From NCBI RefSeq assembly GCF_001194135.2, contig NC_068994.1, positions 2,382,120 to 2,429,765 of the forward strand: a stretch of DNA of 47,646 nucleotides, in the 5' to 3' direction. The position numbers and the translations under genes were made by a program. The notes under the pieces were generated by a model that worked only from the letters and a program-made list of their open reading frames with translations, searched no databases and was not told where the DNA came from. This DNA is from Octopus bimaculoides (lineage: Eukaryota). Below, piece after piece: positions 1 to 11,200 of the stretch. Every line of letters starts with the position of its first letter. Position 1 is the stretch's first letter.

Positions 1-267
1 ATAACACTGTGTATTATGAAATGCATTAAACACAGAGATAACACAGCAGCTGCTGCAACAAAGACTACAGCATACCAAGGTAGAGCAGAGATGAAACAAT
101 TGTTGTACCAGACTAACACTTCTGTTGCTATGTCAAGGAATCCGGAAGAGATGGTGAAAAGGAATATCTATTCTGAGAGATCCAAGAGTGAATGTTATGC
201 AGAAGGTCAGCTGCGGAACAAATATGAATCTTCAGTTCAGTCAAGAACTTTACCAAAGCCTACCCAA
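1..267 (+). CDS. Protocadherin A, 3' end of the large exon (end of TM helix plus proximal cytoplasmic tail); partial, runs off the window start
   Basis: Frame from base 1 reads ITLCIMKCIKH...AEMKQLLYQTN...RNKY...TLPKPTQ. It aligns with ITLCIVRCVKH...SEMRQLLIQTN...QNKY...ILKSAQ of the PCDH at 34311. Phase-0 donor CAA|GTAAGT at 267/268. Confidence 0.88.
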
Positions 268-425
268 GTAAGTCGTAAGATATTTTACATCTGTGACTTA
301 AGTTTGAAGTAAAAAAATTAGTTGGTGTAATTGTTTATATTATTAATTTCATGTTTGTTTTTAAAAACTTAATGCTAAGAGTAAATATCCAATGCTTTTT
401 AATTTCTTTTACTTTCATTATACAG

Positions 426-588
426 AAGTACAGTCAGCCAGTTGTGGTGACTTCGAATGATGATGCTGTTGAAGTAAGTAGTCTGACATCAACATATCAA
501 ACAGGAACGCTGTCTTCCCAGCAAAATAATGAACATGGACATAGTGTAGGGAATATGAAACATTATGAAGAAATACCAGAGATGTCAG
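426..588 (+). CDS. Protocadherin A cytoplasmic-tail exon (163 nt, phase 0 to phase 1)
   Basis: Acceptor tttcattatacAG|; reads KYSQPVVVTSNDDAVE...KHYEEIPEMS; donor TCAG|GTAACT. Gapless alignment to exon 37193-37355 with 26 of 53 residues identical. Confidence 0.87.
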
Positions 589-1423
589 GTAACTAGTAAC
601 ATCAAAATCAAAATAGTTCTGATCGTTTATCTAATTAAATGTATAATTTTAAACAGCATATTAATTTTAGATTTACCATTAGTGTTAGATTCTTTTTTTA
701 CATTGCTGTTAATATTTTATAGTATTCATATGTTTATTCAAATATTAACTATTTTATTGAATTTTATAATCTATGTTTTAAAAGGATGTCAAATTAGTTG
801 AGAAGAGAATATTTTCCACTATAGAATATAGCTCCTCTATTAATATATGAAGATAATAATGTTGGGAATTTTAAGTCTCTGCATCAATACCATGCCAACG
901 TCTGACCCAAATCTTAATTTTTGTTATCCTCACACTGGTATTGAACTGTGCCTCTGGTAAAGAAGCTTAACTCTCAACTGTCATTTGAAGAGATAGTTCT
1001 AGAGTGTTTCTTGTTGTATAATGCTCAGAATCTACCATAGTTCAAAGAAAGGCAATGGGGGAAACAGCTCCAGTAAAACAGGACACATTCCATGTTCTCC
1101 TAACAAAACAATGCTTTACTGGATATTATTTAAAATAATTGATTAAAAAGGATTAAGCTTTGGGCAACTGAATAATTTTAGAATATTTATCATTAAGAAA
1201 ATAATAAGAAACAAAAACTATTATCTGCTGATAATTAACATTTTAAATTTTATATTAATATTTTGTATTTAGTGTACTGAAATTATATTTATGTTAGGAG
1301 ATCAATATTTTTAATGAATTTATTTTCCATTCTTATAACTTCTCTACAAATTGATTACAATTTGTGCTATTGAACCAATTCTGTTTATTGGTTACTATTG
1401 AATATTTCTCATTTACATTTCAG

Positions 1424-1503
1424 GAAACAATATCTACAAAAACAATGAAGATTGTACATTGAAAAAAGATGAAAACCAGGAAACCTATCTAAAACATGCA
1501 TAA
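1424..1503 (+). CDS. Probable terminal coding exon of protocadherin A
   Basis: Acceptor tcatttacatttcAG|; in phase 1 it continues the tail as GNNIYKNNEDCTLKKDENQETYLKHA-stop (TAA 1501-1503). A similar acceptor context (tacatttcAG|G) follows the paralogous exon at 6686. Confidence 0.5.
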
Positions 1504-1758
1504 CATATAATAGTTTATCTTCTATCTGTCTTAGGGAGGCAAACATTATTTGTAACATTCTTAAACTGATGTCGTTAAGTTTTATTTTCTTAATTATCTT
1601 CACAAATAGCTTTCATTAGACATTCTGAGACATGACAACTAGATTTTTTTAAGATAGGCAACTTTAGTGTCCTTAAAAACCTCTCTGCCATAAAGACTAC
1701 ATGTCAGAATTTGATGGTTAATTTTATTTTCCATTAAATACAACACTGTATGTGTACG

Positions 1759-1812
<54 letters not shown>

Positions 1813-2216
1813 CTTAGCTATATGTGTGTACATATACATATAAATCAATCCAAGGAAAAAACAATTTCCTTCAATGGGATGGAAAACATCCAAATTTCAC
1901 TGGTTCTTTAGTTAAATACCACAAGATAGTAGAGAAAAAAATCTATATTAAAGGAAATAGAGAAATACGATTGACATATTAAAAATTTATTAATATTATG
2001 ATATAATATAATTATAATATAAAAAGATATAATATAATATAACAAATAATTAAAACAAATGTCTCCCCCAGGGAATTTATAAAGATTCACTTTTAAGCAT
2101 ATGAGTCTCTTGAGGGTAGTATTTGTCTAAAAAAAGACAAAAATTTCATGCAAGGACTGCGAAATTATAATAAAATAGACTTAATACATTACCTGTATTT
2201 ATTTTATACACTTCAG

Positions 2217-2354
2217 GAAAATGAAAGACAAAATCCACCCTGGGATTTGAACTTAGAACAAGAAGAGACCAAAATAAATCCCAAAAGTCATTTAGTTCAG
2301 TACTCAACTGTTTATGTTGCTCCAATAAAGCCAATTTTTTTGTTGTGTGATTAA
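2217..2354 (+). CDS. Candidate alternative terminal exon (phase 0)
   Basis: Acceptor attttatacacttcAG|; open in phase 0 as ENERQNPPWDLNLEQEETKINPKSH...CD-stop, which is compatible with the donor at 267. No homology support. Confidence 0.25.
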   Translation, partial: ENERQNPPWDLNLEQEETKINPKSHLVQYSTVYVAPIKPIFLLCD

Positions 2355-2639
2355 TTCGAGATCACTGGCAAATTTTATTGCTATTATTTAGTTAGAGTTA
2401 TGAAATACATGAGAGTTACATTTTGATAGCAAATATTTAATTTTACACGAAACATAGGATATAAGAGACCTTTGATGATATTTTATTTCCTTCAAAATTT
2501 GCTTTCCTCTCTAAACAAAGTCAGTTTAAAATTCCATTATCTTACATTTAAATTCTCTGTACTTCACTTTGTTTTCTACAAGCTACTTAACATTTATACT
2601 GATAGATGAAGAAAAGCAAGAGCATATGATTCAAGGGGT

Positions 2640-2641
<2 letters not shown>

Positions 2642-2687
<46 letters not shown>

Positions 2688-2736
2688 TTCTCTCTCTCTC
2701 TATCTCTCTCTCTTTCTCTCTCTCTCACACACACAC
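2642..2736. repeat. (CT)n/(CA)n microsatellite
   Basis: Directly visible. Confidence 0.95.
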
Positions 2737-2763
2737 ATTCAACCAAATGAAATGTTGTAGCAG

Positions 2764-2884
2764 GCTCCTCTCTGGTTGATCATCGTAAAGCTGTTGTTAC
2801 AGCAGCAGAGATCTAGCAGCAACAGCAATTGTTACAATGAACTGGTTTATTTCAAGTGGCAGTGTCAATCATAACACAAAACAT
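2764..2884 (+). other. Candidate 5' (leader) exon
   Basis: GC-richer island after a CT tract; ends in a strong donor CAT|GTAAGT; contains TACAGCAGCAG, shared with the islands at 11076 and 26132; ATG at 2837 is in phase 0 with the donor. Confidence 0.3.
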
Positions 2885-3037
2885 GTAAGTTTATTTACAT
2901 CTTTCAAGTGTTTATATTTTTCTGATAAAACATTTTCTTTGTAAATTCTGGACAAAGAAATATATAAATTGTTCCATGTTTACATAATCAGCAAATGTCC
3001 AGTATCTATATGTTGTGCAAAGTGAGAATCTTTAATT

Positions 3038-3535
3038 CATCACCATCGTCGTTGTCATTTAACGTCTGCTTTCCATGCTGGCATGGGTTGGATGGTTTGA
3101 CTGAGGACTGGTGAGCCAGAAGGCTGCACCAGGCTCAATCTGATCTGGCAAAGTTTCTACAACTGGATGCCCTTCCTAATGTCAATCACTCCAAGAGTGT
3201 AGTGGGTGCTTTTACATGCCACTAGCACAAGGGCCAGTCAGGTAGTTCTGGCAACAACCATGCTCGATAGGTGTTTTTTTTTACGTGCTACCTGCATGGA
3301 AGCCAGTCCAGTGGCACTGGCAACGACCACGCTCAAATGTTGTTTCTCACGTGCCAGTAAGGCAACAATTACGCTCGAATGGTGCTTTTTACATGCCACT
3401 GGCACGGGAGCCACTCCATGGCCCTGGCAACAATCACGCTCAGATGTGCTTTTAACGTTCCACTGGCATGAGTGCCAATCAGGTGGTACTGTCATTGGCC
3501 ACGTCAGCGATTTTGATTTCACTTGCCTCAATAGG
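3038..3535 (-). mobile_element. SINE-like repeat with (GAT)n tail and internal ~65-bp tandem units
   Basis: Same 3' sequence as copies at 28600-28770, 40722-40850, 43141-43390 and 43498-43557 (AGGAAGGGCATCCAG...CCAACCCATGCCAGCATGGAAA.CGGACGTTAAA.GATGATG). Confidence 0.85.
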
Positions 3536-4559
3536 TTAAATTATTAAATTAATTTTCTGTTGTATTTTGTCTCACACATAATGATCCTTTCTACATTTTG
3601 TTGTTGATTTTTTTTATATTTATATTTTTACAAAATATGATGCTTATGACACTATTTTAGGTTTAGAAACATTTCATTCGGTTTGAATATCATGTAATTT
3701 GTTAATTATTGTTTGTGATTTATAGAATAAACTATTTAATATAAAATATCAAGAGGTATTTTGAATATTAGCTAAGTGGCATAGACTGGGACATAAACAT
3801 TTTGAGTGGAGTCTGAAAAGTTCCAGTGACATCTTTTGATGAATTGGAAGTTTTTGCTCTCAGACATTGAATGTAAATGGCAGAATCCTGTGGCATGCAC
3901 TTGACTGAACTTAGACTAAAGAATTTCCTAAAGTCCTTGATGTAAGATTAATGACAATGAGAATATCAGATATTAGCTTTATTTATGCAAATCTAAAAGG
4001 AATTCTGTAATCATATTGTTCAAATCAAGGAACATGGAAAAAAATTGTTACCCAATTTTTAAATATGGCAAAATATTGGATTATTTACTTGCAAAATAAC
4101 AATATAAGATCTATAAATTAGAAAATTACTATTTGTAAATATTCAGTGACTAGTTGTCACTTTGAAAACTATACATTTCGAACAGGAATTTGGCAGCGGC
4201 ACCTCTAGCCAAACAATTATTCTGTGGTGCTGAAGGGAAATAACCTAGAAATCGTGATACACAGATATTGTTTTGAGCTGAGTGGGGGTGCTAGATTCCC
4301 TTGTTCAAAAATATAAGGACACAGATTGTATCGTATAGCCAGCTGGAGACGATGTCTCCTGGGTCTAAATTACAGCAACATTCATCCTAAACCAGGACTG
4401 CCATGTTATGTTGGCAAACAATCTTTACTCCAGTATAAGATCTGTTTTGGTTTACTTTTCCAGTGATATAATAAATATTTTCAAACATTACCATTGTAAA
4501 TTTCATAAAGTCATATGGTTTGCATTTTTACCTGGCAGGTGATCAGGTGGCAAGTAAGT

Positions 4560-4990
4560 TTCTTCATATTATTGTTGCAAATAGCCGAGTCATTTGCATT
4601 ACAGAACTCTCCGAGCCTTGATTTTTCTATTGTTTGGGCAATATCCAAGCTTGGAAAGACTAAAGGAAAGGCAAAAGCAATAAGCAATATCAGATATCCA
4701 TAAAAGAAGCTACTCATAAGGTTTTATGTGGCCATGGTGGAAGCTGAAAGTAAGAAGTTTGCCAAGTGTTCTTCATTTGTAAGCAAATTAATATATTTTT
4801 GAGGGAGTGTATACAAAAGGATTGCAGTACACTTGCCGTTAGCAACACTGCAAAAAGTAGAAGCATGGTGGATATGTTACTACAAGAGGTTGCTGGTAAA
4901 TTTGTGGGAGAGAGAGAGAGTAACCAGCCCAAGGGGACACAAACGAGGGAACTGCTATTCAGATAGACAGGTGTATGTACACAGTAAAGG
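4560..4990 (+). mobile_element. Degenerate RTE-type LINE C-terminal remnant
   Basis: Fragmentary translations KLLIRFYVAMVE, EGVYTKGLQ, LLVNLWE and PRGHKRGNCYSD follow the order of RTE/RTE-X post-RT motifs; frameshifted. Confidence 0.4.
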
Positions 4991-5029
4991 TATCAGCCTC
5001 ATTAACAAGGTTGCTCCCTTCCATTATTC

Positions 5030-5110
5030 TTTTCTACTCAAGGCACAAGGTCCAAAATTTTTGGAGAGGGGCCCAGTCGATTAGATCGACCCCAGTACGC
5101 AACTGGTACT
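5030..5110 (-). mobile_element. 3' fragment of a tRNA-derived SINE (family 2)
   Basis: GGCACAAGG...AGTCGATTAGATCGACCCCAGTACGCAACTGGTACT matches degenerate copies at 27560-28560 and 30370-30630. Confidence 0.7.
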
Positions 5111-5830
5111 TTTAATCTATATTCTTTGGTTGTGAAGAAACTGACTGAGTTTCCCTTCCATCTCATTTTCTTAACATCAGATATATCTGCTTCATCTCAG
5201 CTCTAGCATTTGATAGAATCCCTTCAGACCTGTCTGTCAAAGTTTTAATTGTTATTAGGAATTACTTTAATATCCTAAGCTTAATTGCATGAAGCTATTT
5301 GAAAAATATTTGATAAACTTTCAGGAAACACATCCTTAAATTGTAAATATATGCACTAGATACTAAAAAAAAATAATCTATACAATCTAGACTGAACAAA
5401 TTTTTATAGTTGTAAAATGATAATTAATACATATATCTCACATAATTTGCCAAAAATAGCTGCCGCACATCCCTCGAATAACACTCACTGCCTTTAAAAA
5501 ATTGAAGACTTATTTGAACAATATAATTCTAGATATACAAAAGGAATAGATGGTCATAATTGGAATGTTTGTTATCTTAGTTTTGCTCAATTAAGGCAAA
5601 ACAAGCTTTCTAAACAAAATATCTAAAAGCAAGATTAGTTCATATAATGTTCAAACTGATGAACCCCTATAGTCTATTTATCTAAGGAACAGTTAATGTA
5701 AACCTTTTAGCATACAGTTTTCAGTTGCTATAGAGTAAATAATCTCAAAGTTCAGCATTTACATTTCCTTTTGTATTTTTTGTGAATGTGCAATGTGTTA
5801 TATTTTAACATAGTTTTGTTTTCGTTACAG

Positions 5831-6718
5831 ATAATATTCTCAGCTACAGAACAAATATAAAGTTCAAAGCAGAACTCTTCCCAAACCTTCATTGGTAAGA
5901 ACCGTTTTTTGATAGAAACTTTTTAATTGCTACAAAATAATTTTTTTTTTTTTTTTTTTTTACAAACATATTTGACTAAAATTTTTCTCCAATTTCCTTT
6001 GATTAGAATTGTTTATTTTCCTTACTAATTATTTGCTATATTTTTAGACAGAAGTGCAGCCAACCAGTTATAGTAAACTCTAATGATGATGCTGTAGAAG
6101 ATTATTCAACTTTGCCTTCTAACGCCCCATCTGGTTCACTCTCTACTCAATAGGGCAACACCCAAGGGTGGGAAATTTCAACTTTATAAAGAAATACTCG
6201 AAATTTCAAGTAAGTAATTTAATAATCCCCTTGTAAATATCTATCATCATCATGATTGTTACACATTTCCGTTTCCATGCAGACATAGGTTGACTGGGTC
6301 TTCCATGGTTAAATACCTTTTTTAACACCAACTACTTTACAGAGTGTACAAGATGCATTTTCTCTTGGCACTAGGGAAGTTGCCATGTCTTCTACAAGAT
6401 TGAAAGGATCCCCTGGTACCTCACTTAACAGATTGCATTTTATTATGGCACCAGCACAAGAGAGGAAAAGAGTGAGAACATGATGGATAGATTGTGAGGG
6501 TGAATATTGGTTCTTACTACTGTTTAGCTATTTTCAAATAACATCATGTATTTAATATGAAATGCAAAATTTCCAATATTTTTTTTTTATGTTTTGTTAT
6601 TTTATAACTTGAACTATTCAGACTTTGTATTTCAATAAAATTTTAATTTGATTTGAAATTTACAACATTTCATTGGTACATTTCAGGGACTGAAATATAC
6701 ATTAAGCAGCAGCCTTGA
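5831..6718 (+). pseudogene. Collapsed protocadherin remnant C (mini-exon 5831-5894, tail exon 6052-6209, possible last exon from 6687)
   Basis: 5844-5894 encodes LQNKYKVQSRTLPKPSL, close to gene A LRNKYESSVQSRTLPKPTQ, then donor GTAAGA. The intron is 157 nt versus 158 nt in gene A. 6052 onward reads KCSQPVIVNSNDDAVE, with TAG at 6151 and a frameshift before LYKEILEIS|GTAAGT. No cadherin-repeat sequence lies upstream. Confidence 0.85.
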
Positions 6719-8266
6719 ATAAGAGTCACCACCAAAAGACATCCTTGAAACATGTAGCAATCATGAAAACAATCTTCCCCCAGTCTATTAATTAACATAA
6801 TGGAAATTTTGTTGCATAATATTTGAGTGGAACTTTAATTTCAAAACCATGACAAGTCAAACAATGTAAATATTTCCTGTCTGCTACAATTTACCCATAT
6901 ACTAGGCATATCAAAGAAAAAATAGCTTTAATGATAGCTACTTTAAAAGACAAACTTTTATATCTTGAGGCTTATTGTTTTATTTTCTGTTATCTCAGTA
7001 TTCCTTTGCACTGAGTTACGTTTTCTTGAAACTGTTTTTATCTCAATAAGAACTATCGTTGAAGAGGACTCTTTACAAGCTTTCTTTTTCAAGTTTCCCC
7101 TTTGAGAAAAGGGGAAAATAAAATTATTTGTATTTATTGATATTGTGACATTAATTCCCCCAAGTCCCAAAAAAAAGAGAAACTATTTTGTTGGGCGTAT
7201 ACTTGTATTTGTAAATGTTTATATGTTTGTGCTCTTTTAAAAAAGAAAGCTTAACTCAAACTTCTCAAACTAAATGTTTTAATAAGCTACAAGGGTAAAT
7301 TTAGTTGTAATAAAACTTATTTTTGACATGGTTCATTAAGTTCTTGCTACTTCAGAAATATTTCTGTAAAAAAAAATAATGTTCATACATAGATAACATT
7401 AAAAAAAAATGATATTTTCTTTAGTAAAAAGTACCAGAATACAATGAAAGTATTCTTGATGCAGCAAATTTAAATATTTGTCCACCATTCACATTCTATT
7501 TGTTGAAGTTTTGTTATAAATAAGAAGGTTTTAACTGAAACAATTTTATGTACATCAGTTTGCTTGTTAAACCAAATTCACATTATAAGAATATGGTGTA
7601 TCATAATATTGTTTCCTTGTATCAGCATAAAGTTACAGATTTGTAAAGAAGTACAAATGTCTAAATTCGCCCCAGTACACACTTATATCATCAACCAGCA
7701 GAAGAATGGAAAGCAAATTTCGATCCAGTGAGATCTTGTAATGGATATAAAGGAATGTAATAAAATAACATAATATATTTAATTCAGCACCCAATACACA
7801 CACACACACACACACACACCTCCTTATATCAGAAAACACTCATTTGGTATTATTTCATAAAAACAATTTATATCTTAGTAATTACATGCCAAATACATAA
7901 TCATATTTAAAATGAATGGTCAAGAGTAAGAGAAGGTGACATGCAAATATTAGCATCAAATAACTGTTTTAAATTTCTGTTGCACCAACAAAATTGATAC
8001 AGGATAATGGAACAGTTAAGCTCATTTATTGAAAATTCCTATCGACATGAATATATATCTTGAGGTAAGTTTAATTTCATCTTTCTATTAACTATACATG
8101 GATAAATATATTCTTTAAAATATTTTATCTGTATCTTGTTATAAATGTCTTAATATCATTTCTGAGTCATATATATTTATTTGTTTTATGTTCACACTGA
8201 TAAAGAGTGAGGTTGAGATTTTGATGTTATTTGAATTTATTATCTGCTTATGAATTATTGCATCAT

Positions 8267-8508
8267 GGAAGGTGTTTATAAGCCATTTAAAAAATTCTGT
8301 GCTGCAAATGCAGCACAGAATTTTGTCAGTGAACAGGTCGCAGTCTCAAAATGACAAAAATATTTTGGCAAATTAAATTTAAATGTTGAAGTGAATCTAA
8401 TGGTTTTTGTGTGTTTTTAAATGGCTTATAAACACCTTCCACACTGCAATTGTTTTTGTTTCAGCACGCAATCTCAGATCAGGTCACTTGCTATGCAAGT
8501 ACGTCTCC
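8267..8508 (-). mobile_element. Short interspersed element with fold-back 3' end (family 4)
   Basis: 27-bp perfect inverted repeat at 8267-8293 and 8414-8440; 16-bp hairpin 8291-8324; the head at 8441-8508 has a degenerate relative at 14700-14780. Confidence 0.6.
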
Positions 8509-8631
8509 ATAATTATGAATTATTTTCTTGGTGAAATAACTTCTTGAGGATTGTAATATTGAGTTAAAAATTTAGTTAGACTTCTTTATATATTCACAGG
8601 AGTAAAGATTAGAAATCAAAGAAATGGAGTC

Positions 8632-8834
8632 ATTCTTCTATTTGTTTCGGTAATTTGACTGTGGCCATGCTAGAGCACTGCCTTTAGTCAAGCAAATTGG
8701 CCCCAGGACTTATTCTTTGTAAGCCTAGTACTTATTTTATCTGTCTTTTTTGCTGAACGCTAAGTTATGGGAACGTAAACACACCAGCATCAGTTGTCAA
8801 GCAATGTTGGGCAGGAGGACAAACATAAACACAC

Positions 8835-8867
<33 letters not shown>

Positions 8868-9027
8868 TACGACGGGCTTCTTTCAGTTTCCATCTACCAA
8901 ATCCACTCATAAGGCTTTATTCGGCCCAAGGCTATAGTAGAAGACACTTGCCCAAGGTACCACGCAGTGGGACTGAACTGGGAATTATGTGGTTGGTAAG
9001 CAAGCTACTTACACACAGCCATTCCTG
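8632..9027 (-). mobile_element. Near full-length tRNA-derived SINE (family 1)
   Basis: Reverse complement matches 22844-23226 and 30674-31090: A/B-box-like head, internal (TA)n, conserved 3' half. Confidence 0.92.
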
Positions 9028-11039
9028 AAAAGCAATTATTACTAAGTGGAACATAAAGATTTTACAATTAAATTACATACACTACTATAATACTTCTCAA
9101 AAAATTGCATGAATCTCCACATTATTAAATATTTCATTGTGACAATCAGCAAAATAATTAACTATGAGCCTATAATCTAATCAAGTAATTAGAAAATAGG
9201 TATGTATTAAAATATATACCTTAATTATTCTTAAGTTAAAAACAAATATAGAAATAAATATTATGACTCTATATCTCCCAAATTCTAAATAATAGAAAAA
9301 AAAAAGTAATCACTTATGTATTCTCTGATGAAACTGCTGTTAAGAGCCTTTTCACAGTAATGCTAATATGAGCCAACAAGAGAGCCGCTAGATAATTGCT
9401 CAATTTGCTGGAAATCATACTCTATCACCTTAAAAAAGGAAAGGTTACATGAGATAATGTACTCTAAGATACAACTGACAAGGTGAGACAGTCATGGTTG
9501 GACTGCCTTAGATTATATGCCTACTCAATCAGAATGAACCTGAAGCTAAGCAGCAGCAACAACAACAAAATAGAATGTGTTTTTCTCCTGTAAATAAAGG
9601 GTTATGATAAACATGATACAGGAAAAGGGATAGCATATTTACATTGGGAATGACGTGTAGCAAACACTCATTGCTTGTAAACAGAAAGCAAATTAATATG
9701 AACAGCAAGTACTGATTGAATTAATTAGCTTCTAAAAGATTGTAATTTCGTGGCTTTTTAAATATTTTCTGTCTATATTAAAAAGTTTATCAGTGAAGTG
9801 CTTAAATATTTATGTAGTATTTAATTTGATTTTCAATATAATTATAAATCTAAAAAGAAATAATTTTATAGTTCAATAGAAATATCATTGTTATTTTTCT
9901 TTTCAAGTATTAAACAAGATTATCAATATAAAGAAACATTTAGGATTATAGTCATTCTCTCCCCAACCTCTCTCTCTCTCAAATAAGGAAATAAACATGC
10001 TATGAGAAATTACTTTGAAAAGAAAAGGGTTATAGTTACTTGTGTCTCTAAACTGGTACCAATTGTTATAAGATCCCAAAATATATTTTATGCTGGTGTT
10101 TGTCTCTATGACAAACTATCACAAAAGAATTTGTAACAAATCTGGTGATGTGGTTCCATAAAACTGCTTGATAATTATGTGTCAATCAGCAATTGAATGA
10201 TGGTTAATGAGTAAAGTCCATTTATTCCTTGATTGATGTTAGAAACCAGTGACCCACATGATAGATGGCAGGATATAAATATTGAGCTTCAAATACTAAT
10301 AGTGTAGTAATATTTGATGATACAAACTTCTGTAGCTTGATTTTCCACTCTGGCTATATTTTATGTGCCAGATATAAACAATAAATAAACTCATAAACAG
10401 ATGCATTGTTAAAACTTAACATCACAATGGAATTACATGGTGATCCTCAGAAAATAGTAAAAACAAAGTTTAATTTCCACTTTTATATGTCTTACTATTC
10501 TAAGAAATATTATTTTTGTCCACTATAAAGTTTTATCTGAAATAAAGAAACACTGATATTAATCTAATTTTTATGACAATATTTGAAAATTTTGATTAAA
10601 AATATTTCTGAAGAAATTACTGTTCTATAATTGCACATTAATAAAATCATGGTAGCTATTAAAAACACACACTGGTTTCTCTGCTTTAGCTTAATTATTA
10701 TTTTCATAATTATTATTATTAGGTATTGAGGGTTTTTTTTTTGTTGTACAGCTAATATTACATGGTCACTTACACTCTAGTTTACTACTAAAATAAAATC
10801 AATAATTGAGACAAATAACTAAGTATTTATTCAGTTATGTGCAGTGTTTGTATATATCTGTGTATATATATTGGTAGCTAGATAGTTATAAAACATAATG
10901 ATATGTAGAAAAAAAATGTTTGAATGGACTGGATCTCTTGACATAGACTTCTTTGTCGTTCAACACACAAAGCATGTTGACAAAAGAAACACAAAACAAT
11001 AAGTTCTTTCCAGCCTCCCACAGCCCATACTAACAAAGA

Positions 11040-11200
11040 AAGCTGAAGTATCAGGAACGCAGTAACAAACATAAATACAGCAGCAGGCAGACAGCCGTGC
11101 TATATTGACATAAATACATTGTGACACACTACTATAACAGTACAACTGAGTAGTCACACAAAGCAGTACAATTAGATTTTTCAATCCTCTTCTTCTAACC
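11040..11200 (+). promoter_or_regulatory. Candidate promoter/leader island paralogous to 26040-26218
   Basis: ACATAAATACATTGTGACACACTACTA (11108-11134) resembles ACATAAAATCATTGTCACACTACTA (26109-26133); both islands carry TACAGCAGCAG. Confidence 0.3.

Noticed and set aside
3206-3547. 113-aa and 97-aa ORFs
   Set aside because: Fall inside the tandem units of a dispersed repeat.
8040-8070. Strong donor GAG|GTAAGT
   Set aside because: No convincing acceptor, ORF or homology upstream.
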